In this document: positions 9,622 through 17,972 of the stretch, in pieces
How positions within the stretch are numbered: position 1 is the stretch's first letter
How the letters are laid out: every line of letters begins with the position of its first letter
Assembly: GCA_934757865.1 (NCBI GenBank)
Contig: CAKVLS010000001.1
Location: 88,779-152,778, forward strand
Length of the DNA: 64,000 bases
Direction of reading: 5' to 3'
From: an uncultured Clostridia bacterium
GTDB taxonomy: Bacteria; Bacillota; Clostridia; Christensenellales; UBA1242
The notes under the pieces: generated by a model
Told to the model about the DNA's origin: nothing
Database searches by the model: none
Seen by the model: the letters and a program-made list of their open reading frames with translations, nothing else
Position numbers and translations under genes: made by a program

Positions 9622-12291
9622 ATGTCAAGAACTAAATCAACCAACTTTGAGATAGAAAAAATAGAGGAGAAAAGACCTCCTCAAACAAAAACAGATACTA
9701 TTTTTGAGACTAATAAGTTTATGAAGGTATTTAAGTGGTTTATACCTACACTTGTAGTCTTTGTTCTACTTATGATTAACTACGCCATCAAAGGTATTGC
9801 ACCTTTTGGCTCAAAATATATTTCTTACATAGATATGGAAGTAGGTTATGTGCCAGTCTTTTATAGTATGTGGGACATGGTGCGTGGCGGAGGAAATTTA
9901 TTCTATAATTTCTTCTTGGGTATGGGCTCTAATGTATATGGCTCGCTTGTTATGAATGCAATGTTTTCACCACTTAACTGGTTAGTTATACTTGTCCCTA
10001 GAGGTGCTATATCTGCTTTTCTTAGCTGGTTACTTATCATTAAACTATCACTTATGGCAACTACAATGCTGTATTTTATTCGCAAAGTTTTCAAAAATAC
10101 AAATACTTATTTGCAACTTTTGTATAGCATAATGTGGGCGTTTAGTGGTTATGTTTTTGTGCATTTTACTAATATAATTTGGCTTGATAATATTATTATT
10201 TTCCCATTTATTTGTCTTGGCATCAAGAGAATTTTTGACCAAAACAAAATGGATTTGTACCTTTGGACACTAACTACTTCACTACTATTTAGCTTTTATA
10301 TTTCTTTTATGATCTTGCTTATGGTTATCTTTTGTGGCGGCGCTGCAGTGTACTTTTCTGGAAGATCAAAAGAAGAAAAAAAGAAGATAACAACTAAACT
10401 TGTAATAGCTACATTTTTGGCATTATTTATATCTTTTGTATCATTTTTGCCAGCTTTTTGGCAGTCTTGGACAAGCTACCGAATAAGTGGTCAGAAGAAG
10501 GATATCTTGTATGAAAATACTTTCTCAAAAGTTGTAACAATACTAATGTCTAGCTTTGCATTTTATGGATTTTTTAGACTTCTTACTAAGTACAAAGAAG
10601 ATAAAAAGAATATCTTAATGTTCATAGTTATGGCAGGTTTTACAACTATAACAATACTACTTGAAAGAGCTAATATGCTATGGCATACAGGCAGTTATCA
10701 GAGTTTTCCATATAGATTTGCATTCGTTCCTATCTTCATAATTATGTGTGGAGGACTTTACTATTTTGATAGATTTTACGCAGAAGATAGCCAAAAACTT
10801 GCTCAAAATCCTAAGAAGACCAACTGGTCGACATTCCTACTTATTATACCTATTGTAGTAGGTGCAGCTATAATATCTATCGGGGTAGAGTACCCAGCAT
10901 TCCCTGTATCATTTACACAATTTTTAGTGTATTTGCTTATAACGTCTCTTGTAGTACTTTTCTTATTCCAGCTATTTAATTACAACAACAAAAAGTTATT
11001 ATATATTTTCGTTCCAATAGTATGTTTTGTAGAAGTTTTTAGCGGTATTTTGGGCTATGTTGGTCAGTGGACTGTCAATCCTGTAAACACTGCTTGCGAC
11101 AATTACAATGCTATTTATGAAAATATAGAGCTTCCTGATAATGATTATAGATATGCGACATATTTTACTAAACCAAGCAATTATTATATGACCAAATATT
11201 ATAACTATCCTTATGTTATAAGAAGAACTTCAGTTTCTAACTGGCTACATATCATAAGTGCTGAGCAAGCAAAGTACGCCGCTCAAATGGGTTATACCTC
11301 AAGAAAAACATCTATAACAAGCAGTGGTGCGAACTATTTTGTTAACATGACTAACAACACAAGATATGTGCTTACTGACAAAGTGCTAAGTAGCGAAGTC
11401 TATAACTATGTCGCAGAATATAATGGCTTCTATGTTTATGAATATAAATATTATTTGCCACTTGGCGGCATTTATGACAAAGCTAATTTGATGGAGAGCA
11501 TTCCAGAAGAGTACCAAAATTTTGCCGCAAGCAATTATCTATATAACAATATGTTTGGCAAAAGCGGAGATTTGTTTGAGACTTTAACCTTTACAACTGA
11601 AGATTATGATGAAGATAGTGTTGTTATAAAAGTTACCACTCCAGCTAATAGTCTTGTATATCTTAACAATACAGAAGATGCCGACGAAGAGTGTCAACTA
11701 TACCTTAATGGAGTATTGACTAATTTTTATGTTGGTAATTTAGAGCTTGGATATTTTGATGGCGGTACAATAGAATTAGTTGTAAAAAAAGAATTGGAAG
11801 ATTTTTATAAAACATTCACCTTTGCAGCTGTCAATGTAGACAAATTAAAAGACTTAGCAGAGAATAACAATATCGGCAATAATAACTATGTTTCATTTAG
11901 CGGGACACATATTAAGACTACTGTAAATGGGACAGAAGGTAAGAGCATTTTAATCCCAGTTAACTACAATAGCGGTTGGAAGGCTTATATCAATGGTAAA
12001 GAAGTCAAAGTCAATAGAGCACTAGGAACATTTATGTCACTTGACCTACAAGACGGCGAAAATACCATAGAAATGAAGTTTTCTGTGCCAATGCTAAAGA
12101 TTGGTTTTATTGTTACTCTTGCATCATTACTACTTCTTTTGATTTTGTGGCTAATTAATAAGTTTACTAAATTTGTAGAGAGCAAAATATTTAACAACAT
12201 CTTCTACTGGGTAGGAGTAGTAGGATTTGCTATTGCAGGTCTTGTTGTGTATGTAAGGCCACTTGTTCAAACAATCATATATCTAGGCTAA
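9622..12291 (+). CDS. YfhO-family polytopic membrane glycosyltransferase (GT-C type)
   Basis: 889 aa with an AGGAGA RBS. The N-terminal block GIAPFGSKYISYIDMEVGYVPVFYSMWDMVRGGGNLFYNFFLGMGSNVYG...SPLNWLV matches the YfhO family signature as I remember it. There are many TM helices, a large extracytoplasmic C-terminal domain and terminal TM helices. Confidence 0.75.
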   Translation: MSRTKSTNFEIEKIEEKRPPQTKTDTIFETNKFMKVFKWFIPTLVVFVLLMINYAIKGIAPFGSKYISYIDMEVGYVPVFYSMWDMVRGGGNLFYNFFLGMGSNVYGSLVMNAMFSPLNWLVILVPRGAISAFLSWLLIIKLSLMATTMLYFIRKVFKNTNTYLQLLYSIMWAFSGYVFVHFTNIIWLDNIIIFPFICLGIKRIFDQNKMDLYLWTLTTSLLFSFYISFMILLMVIFCGGAAVYFSGRSKEEKKKITTKLVIATFLALFISFVSFLPAFWQSWTSYRISGQKKDILYENTFSKVVTILMSSFAFYGFFRLLTKYKEDKKNILMFIVMAGFTTITILLERANMLWHTGSYQSFPYRFAFVPIFIIMCGGLYYFDRFYAEDSQKLAQNPKKTNWSTFLLIIPIVVGAAIISIGVEYPAFPVSFTQFLVYLLITSLVVLFLFQLFNYNNKKLLYIFVPIVCFVEVFSGILGYVGQWTVNPVNTACDNYNAIYENIELPDNDYRYATYFTKPSNYYMTKYYNYPYVIRRTSVSNWLHIISAEQAKYAAQMGYTSRKTSITSSGANYFVNMTNNTRYVLTDKVLSSEVYNYVAEYNGFYVYEYKYYLPLGGIYDKANLMESIPEEYQNFAASNYLYNNMFGKSGDLFETLTFTTEDYDEDSVVIKVTTPANSLVYLNNTEDADEECQLYLNGVLTNFYVGNLELGYFDGGTIELVVKKELEDFYKTFTFAAVNVDKLKDLAENNNIGNNNYVSFSGTHIKTTVNGTEGKSILIPVNYNSGWKAYINGKEVKVNRALGTFMSLDLQDGENTIEMKFSVPMLKIGFIVTLASLLLLLILWLINKFTKFVESKIFNNIFYWVGVVGFAIAGLVVYVRPLVQTIIYLG

Positions 12292-12456
12292 ATAATTAGT
12301 ATAGAGTTTAATTTGTAAACAATCAAACTTATATCTAAGAGTGATATGCGTGATATCAAAATTATTTACTCAAAATATCAAAAATTTTGAGCAATCTAAA
12401 TAATTATTTGTAAATAAAAGGAGGTCAAAAGGGCTTCCTTTTTTTGTTTTAATTTC

Positions 12457-12485
12457 TTGCCAATAATGATTTTATGTATTATAAT
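12457..12485 (+). promoter_or_regulatory. Sigma-70-type promoter for the lipoprotein gene
   Basis: TTGCCA (12457-12462), 17 nt spacer, TATAAT (12480-12485). Confidence 0.5.
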
Positions 12486-12510
12486 AAAATAAATAAAATG
12501 AGGAGGAAGT

Positions 12511-14928
12511 ATGAAAAAAGGTCTAAAAACAGTTCTAGTTAGTTCTCTTTTATTAGTTCCTATGGTTTTTTGTGGTTGCGACAATCCTTTTAGTGATAGC
12601 AACAACATAGGCAAAGATAAATATGACCCTATTATTAAACCAGACCCAACTCCAAGTGGTGGCGGAGATAGCGGTAATACTGATACTCCAGAGCCAACTC
12701 CAGAACCAACTCCTGAAGATTCAAGAGTTTATAATCCATACGATTACATTGATAGCGGAATAGAGAATCCTTTTAGCGAGATTACAAGTTCTCTTGCTTA
12801 TGTTAAGTCTGTTTATAAAAACGGCTCTACTAGTATTGACGAAGCAACTATTGCCGCAAGAAAGGTTGCGTATGAGAATGCCTCAGCAAATGTACTTAGA
12901 AGACTTACGGCAGAGTATGGGTTAGGGGCTATAGACATTGATGGTACTCAAGTTGCTCCTCTAAGTAATGTTGGAGTTAAGACATTTACAAGTAGCGGAC
13001 TTTTGAAAGCTGGCAGTACTGCAACACAAGCAGAGATAGACCAAATTACATCTGACTTTTTGAAAGCAAAATACATGGTAACGAGAACTGTTAATGGAAG
13101 CATGCAATATATGCTTCTATCTACAGAGTCGATAACTGATACTGATATTATACCAACGCTTGTATATGATGAGGCACTTAGCGGTGTTAGACTTTCTAAT
13201 ACAACATTTATCCTTAATACCGTATTTTCAGTAGGACTTACCAATCCTTTAACTACTTCAACATATTTGTTTAATGAGCAAGATGCTTTTTATAAAGTAA
13301 AAAATGCAACTACTGGTAAAGAGTTCTATTTAATATATAACAACAACTTTATTAACAAATTTGCAAACGATAAAGATGGCTATTTTAACCAGATTGTTGA
13401 TACTCACCGTGACGGCATTAGATATAACAAAGTATCTTTGTCAGATTCAACCGACGCGTCAAAAACTGTTTATAACCTAAAGACACTTGCTTGGAATATA
13501 TGCAAAGACAATAGTTTTACATATACTGGTAGCGATGCAGAAGAGTATGCGACAGCATTTGTTAATGCTTATAAAAAGAAAGTCACTCTTGAGCTTGCTT
13601 CGGTTATGACTTTTGGCGTTAATAGTGATAAGACTATCAACTTCCCAGACGGCAATGTAAAAGATGGCTATGCTTTTTCGGGTACAATAAAAGATTTTTA
13701 TGAAGCTGCTAAAGTAGATATGGGAGCTTACTATGATAGCTACCTAAAATTCTGCTTTACATATATTGAGCATAACGGCTTTGTTTCATATGAGGCTGAT
13801 GCTATTGCAGAATATTTGACAGAGCAAATTATTGGCAAAGACATAATCGCACTAGAACAGGCTAGATATAACACAAATGCAACAGGCAAATATCAACACA
13901 ATTTCAATAGCAATGAAAAAGTTGAAGTTGATGGTGTAGCAACTGTTAGAAAACTTATTTCGGATTACAAAAACACCAATGTAAGAGCTTTGTCTGATAA
14001 CAAATCTGAGGTGTTTAGGGCTATCAATTATAATAGAGATTTAACTACTCTTGATAGTAATGATATAAATGATGTATTATCTTATAAAATAAGTGGTGCT
14101 ACGGACTCAAAATATGATACAAGACAAGCTTTGTTCAAAAATTATCTAAATACTACGTATAGTGCATGTTATAGTTTAGTAGCTGACAGCAGTGATGATA
14201 TATCTCTAGAATATTGTGATATAGATTATGCATATCTTCAAAATGTCACAATAATTGAAGAATCTGTAGAAGAAGACACCGGCGAAGATACAGGAGAGGA
14301 TACTGGTGATGATTCTACCGAAAATTATATCACTGATACATACCTTGCAGGAAAACTTCAATCTATTGTAATCTTCCCAAAAGAGGCTATAGATATAAGA
14401 TATATAGAGATAGGACTAGAAGCTATACTTAATGAAGGTGATTCGGTTTCTGTTTCTGTAGATTTAAGATATTGCTATAATGGCAGCGTATATTATGTAG
14501 AATCTGCATTCCAAGCAGAGGGCGGAGATGGGGTCTTAACCTCAGAAGAAGCTTTATGTAATTATGAATATTTTTCAGGTTACGATAAGAGCGGTAATGT
14601 CGGCAGCGGCCCTAAATTTAAGGACCAAAACGGCTTAGTTTTGAGTGAAAAATTGTTATCTCTTAAGAATTTTGTTGCTCAAAATGACATTCCAGAACTT
14701 AGAAAAGAGAAGCCTTTGATAGGTACTCAAGTTGGCAAAAAAACTGCTAATTCTAGTGATTATACATATAACCAATTTGCTTCTAACATGGGTGCAAATT
14801 ATTGTTATGGTGTATATGACAAAGACTTTATAGAGATTTGTTTCAATATTAAACCTAACTACAAAAATTTTGATACAAATTACACAATAAATGCAAAAGT
14901 TGTATCAATATATGGCAAAAAATTGTAA
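12511..14928 (+). CDS. Large lipoprotein of unknown function in the T4SS cluster
   Basis: 805 aa with a GAGGAGG RBS. Signal peptide MKKGLKTVLVSSLLLVPMVFCGC ends in a lipobox-like FCGC. A P/T/E-rich linker PDPTPSGGGDSGNTDTPEPTPEPTPED follows, and there is an acidic EDTGEDTGEDTGDD insert. I recognised no enzymatic motif. Confidence 0.7.
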   Translation: MKKGLKTVLVSSLLLVPMVFCGCDNPFSDSNNIGKDKYDPIIKPDPTPSGGGDSGNTDTPEPTPEPTPEDSRVYNPYDYIDSGIENPFSEITSSLAYVKSVYKNGSTSIDEATIAARKVAYENASANVLRRLTAEYGLGAIDIDGTQVAPLSNVGVKTFTSSGLLKAGSTATQAEIDQITSDFLKAKYMVTRTVNGSMQYMLLSTESITDTDIIPTLVYDEALSGVRLSNTTFILNTVFSVGLTNPLTTSTYLFNEQDAFYKVKNATTGKEFYLIYNNNFINKFANDKDGYFNQIVDTHRDGIRYNKVSLSDSTDASKTVYNLKTLAWNICKDNSFTYTGSDAEEYATAFVNAYKKKVTLELASVMTFGVNSDKTINFPDGNVKDGYAFSGTIKDFYEAAKVDMGAYYDSYLKFCFTYIEHNGFVSYEADAIAEYLTEQIIGKDIIALEQARYNTNATGKYQHNFNSNEKVEVDGVATVRKLISDYKNTNVRALSDNKSEVFRAINYNRDLTTLDSNDINDVLSYKISGATDSKYDTRQALFKNYLNTTYSACYSLVADSSDDISLEYCDIDYAYLQNVTIIEESVEEDTGEDTGEDTGDDSTENYITDTYLAGKLQSIVIFPKEAIDIRYIEIGLEAILNEGDSVSVSVDLRYCYNGSVYYVESAFQAEGGDGVLTSEEALCNYEYFSGYDKSGNVGSGPKFKDQNGLVLSEKLLSLKNFVAQNDIPELRKEKPLIGTQVGKKTANSSDYTYNQFASNMGANYCYGVYDKDFIEICFNIKPNYKNFDTNYTINAKVVSIYGKKL

Positions 14929-15060
14929 AAATTAAAAAATATTTGCAATTTTAGCAACTTTTTTTGAACAAATTATATACAAAATGTAAAAAAAGTGTTA
15001 ATATAAGTTTAACAATACATGTGTTACTTACAATAAAAATACAATAAAAAGGAGAAAAAT

Positions 15061-17814
15061 ATGTTAAGACTAGCGTTAAACGGCGGAATCTTATCATCTA
15101 TTTGGGATGCTATTAAAGCTATAGTAACATTCTTTACTAACTTCACAGATATATTGAAAGGTATTTTCCAGGCTACAATCATATACGCATATTCAATATT
15201 CTACTATTTGTTTATGAGTATCTGTTCTATAGTTAACTTCGCCGAAATGTTATTCAAAAAATTAGCAGGCATTGACCCTATCATGACTGATAGAGGCGAG
15301 ATGAACATACTTGATGTATTTATTAAGAGTAATGAGATTTGGGGACTATTTGTATCTATTATCATACTTTCTATAGTTCTTCTATTTATCTTCACTATAG
15401 TAGCTGTTATCAAGTCTGAGTTCTCACTAGATGCTAAGAGCAGTGCAAAAGGACCAATCATCGCAAGATCACTAAAATCTCTTGCTATGTTCCTTATAGT
15501 TCCTGCAGTTAGCTTGATGGGTATCTATGCAGTTAATGCAATTACAGATACTATCAATAGTATGATGAAGGGTAGTGATGAGACTACTATGGTTAACCAA
15601 GTATTCTATGCTATGTCCTATAATGCTAACAAAGCTAGAATAAATAAAGAATTTGCGGATTTTATCAACGGCTACAGTAGTAGAAATGGCGGTAAATACG
15701 CAAACGATAATGGTGGTGCCTTTAAGGGCAGCCAAGATCAGATTGCATATCAAATTGATATGGCCTTTAAGGGAAACTTAAAATGCGAATATAAATATAA
15801 GTGGATTTCATTCCCACTAGATATGATAGAGGCGCAGGACTTCTCGACTCTGTTTATGCCGGTTATAGGATCTCGTAGTACATATAGTATATGGGATATA
15901 ACTCAGGTTAACTTGTACTTTAGTGTACTTGATATGGATTATATTGTAGGACTAGGTTCTGCACTAGTAATCACTTATATGTTGCTTTCTATGTGTGTAG
16001 TACTAGTTAAGAGAATATTTGAGATAGTAATATTACTTCTACTAGCCGCACCTATGATATCTCTTGCTCCACTAGATGGTGGTTCTGCAAGTAAATCATG
16101 GCAAAAAGAGTTTATTAAGAGAGTAATTGCTATAGTAGCTCCAGTATTTGCTATTAACATGTACTTTATCATGATCCCACTATTCTCTAAGATTACATTA
16201 TTTAATCCTGTAGGTAGTTTGGGTGCTGTAGGTGCTATTAGTTTGTCTAATGTAGGTTCTATTGGTACAGTTGCAGCTGTATATGCTACATATGATACAT
16301 TATTCCAATTATTACTAATCTGCGTAGGTATGAGCGTTGTTAAGACAGCTTCAGCTCTACTATGTAACCTACTTGGCATTCAAGATTTACTAAAAGAAGG
16401 CCATGAACAAACAAAGAAAGCTGTAGGTACAGTAGCTGCAGTAGCAGCAACAGTTGCTACTGGTGGCGCAGCAGCTGGTGCACTTGTTGGTAAGATGAAA
16501 GCTGGTAGCGGTGCAAAAGCTGCTCAAAAGAATTATGATCAAGCTTTAGCTTCAGGTGATCAAGGTAAAATTAACGAAGCAAAAGCTCAATTAGATTCTG
16601 CAAACCAAAGAAAATCAGATGCTAACGACTTGTTTAAGGACAAGGGCGCTGCTATGATGGAAAGAGTAGCTCCAGATGTTTATAAAGGCTACAAAGATGT
16701 TAAGTCTACTGTAGAAAATAGAAATAAGACTAAGAAACAAAAAGAAGATGAGGATGAGGTAAAAGCTCAAGAAAGAAAAGAGAGAGCTGCAAAAGCTGTT
16801 GAAGAAAACAAAAAGCAGAAATCTCTTAAGAAAGCTCATCAAGATCAAGCTTACAGATATGAGCAAGCAGTTGCTCAAGACACATCATTCGATGACAACG
16901 GTCTAGGACATGAAATGGATGGCTATGTAAATAGAAATGAAACCCGTGGTCAAAGATGGAAGAAGGGTGGCTCAGGCGAACAAGGTCTAGAAGCTGCTAG
17001 AAAGAATTACGAAGCGACTCAAGAGCAAGTTCAAGTTGGCACTACAGCAAATGGTACTCCTATTTATGAGACAAGAACAAAAGCTGGAATGGAGGGCGTT
17101 GCAGACAAACTTCTACAAGTTATTCAAGCTCTTGAAGGTGATAAGAATAAACTAACTACAGCAAGACAAGATACTTCATTGGCATTAAAGGCTGGAGATG
17201 CTAAGGGCGCTAAGTTTACTGGCGAAACAGTTAGAAAAGAAGATGGTTCATATGAAGTTACTGCAGGCAAAACTGTTAGCGTTCAAAAACCTGCTACACC
17301 TCCAACAACTCCATTGGAAAGTGGTGTAAAAGGTGTTGGCAAGGGCATTGAAATTGCAAATGCAGCATTAACCCTAGGTACTGGAGAAATCTCTGCCCAA
17401 ATTGTTAAAGGTGTTGCTGGAGCAGTCGCTGAAGATTACAAATTGGGTAAAGGAACTTCTGATAAGAATTACGAAGCTTCTGGTAAGATTGGAGAATCTG
17501 TCGCAGCTGCTAACAAGTCATTGCTTGATAAGACTACAGAGGTTCAAACAATTGCTGAAGAACCAGATTCAAATGATCAAATGTCTGAACAAGTTGAGAA
17601 GGGCTTGAAAGAAGCTTCTACTGAACTTGCTAATGCAATCAAGGAAGCATTGTCAAGAGGTAAATTACCAATTGATGGTATGGCTAAGTTGACTGGTCAA
17701 ATGGAGCAATTTACTAAACAATTTATGAATGCTCAAAAGAATGATCAATCTGCCCAAGCTATGATTGATGCTATTACTGAATTGAAGAAGACTTTGAAAG
17801 ATTTGACCAAGTAG
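15061..17814 (+). CDS. Polytopic membrane protein, VirB6/TrbL-analogue candidate with a long coiled-coil/low-complexity C-terminal extension
   Basis: 917 aa with an AGGAGA RBS. The N-terminal ~470 aa carry about 7-8 hydrophobic helices (for example IWGLFVSIIILSIVLLFIFTIVAVI, LAMFLIVPAVSLMGIYAV, IVILLLLAAPMISLAPL, VIAIVAPVFAINMYFIMIPLF, VGTVAAVAATVATGGAAAGALVG). The C-terminal ~430 aa are K/E/A/Q-rich. The gene lies directly upstream of the VirB4-like gene. Function is assigned from topology and synteny only. Confidence 0.5.
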   Translation: MLRLALNGGILSSIWDAIKAIVTFFTNFTDILKGIFQATIIYAYSIFYYLFMSICSIVNFAEMLFKKLAGIDPIMTDRGEMNILDVFIKSNEIWGLFVSIIILSIVLLFIFTIVAVIKSEFSLDAKSSAKGPIIARSLKSLAMFLIVPAVSLMGIYAVNAITDTINSMMKGSDETTMVNQVFYAMSYNANKARINKEFADFINGYSSRNGGKYANDNGGAFKGSQDQIAYQIDMAFKGNLKCEYKYKWISFPLDMIEAQDFSTLFMPVIGSRSTYSIWDITQVNLYFSVLDMDYIVGLGSALVITYMLLSMCVVLVKRIFEIVILLLLAAPMISLAPLDGGSASKSWQKEFIKRVIAIVAPVFAINMYFIMIPLFSKITLFNPVGSLGAVGAISLSNVGSIGTVAAVYATYDTLFQLLLICVGMSVVKTASALLCNLLGIQDLLKEGHEQTKKAVGTVAAVAATVATGGAAAGALVGKMKAGSGAKAAQKNYDQALASGDQGKINEAKAQLDSANQRKSDANDLFKDKGAAMMERVAPDVYKGYKDVKSTVENRNKTKKQKEDEDEVKAQERKERAAKAVEENKKQKSLKKAHQDQAYRYEQAVAQDTSFDDNGLGHEMDGYVNRNETRGQRWKKGGSGEQGLEAARKNYEATQEQVQVGTTANGTPIYETRTKAGMEGVADKLLQVIQALEGDKNKLTTARQDTSLALKAGDAKGAKFTGETVRKEDGSYEVTAGKTVSVQKPATPPTTPLESGVKGVGKGIEIANAALTLGTGEISAQIVKGVAGAVAEDYKLGKGTSDKNYEASGKIGESVAAANKSLLDKTTEVQTIAEEPDSNDQMSEQVEKGLKEASTELANAIKEALSRGKLPIDGMAKLTGQMEQFTKQFMNAQKNDQSAQAMIDAITELKKTLKDLTK

Positions 17815-17843
17815 TACTTAAATAACAATCAATTCAATAAAAA

Positions 17844-17870
17844 GAGTGAACTAATAGTTCACTCTTTTTT
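17844..17870 (+). terminator. Rho-independent terminator
   Basis: GAGTGAAC-TAATA-GTTCACTC hairpin followed by 6 T. Confidence 0.7.
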
Positions 17871-17889
17871 ATTATTTTTGTTTATTTAT

Positions 17890-17918
17890 TTGCTGTTTTT
17901 TTAGAAGTATATTATAAT
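17890..17918 (+). promoter_or_regulatory. Sigma-70-type promoter for the VirB4-like gene
   Basis: TTGCTG (17890-17895), 17 nt spacer, TATAAT (17913-17918). Confidence 0.5.
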
Positions 17919-17972
17919 ATTTGTATAATTAGTTAAATTATGTGTTAATTTAATTTTGTAGGAGTATTTTTT

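Noticed and set aside
14272-14310. EDTG x3 repeat in the lipoprotein gene as a slippage-prone phase-variation tract
   Set aside because: The repeat is at the amino-acid level only. The DNA units differ (gaagacaccggc / gaagatacagga / gaggatactggt), so slipped-strand mispairing is unlikely.
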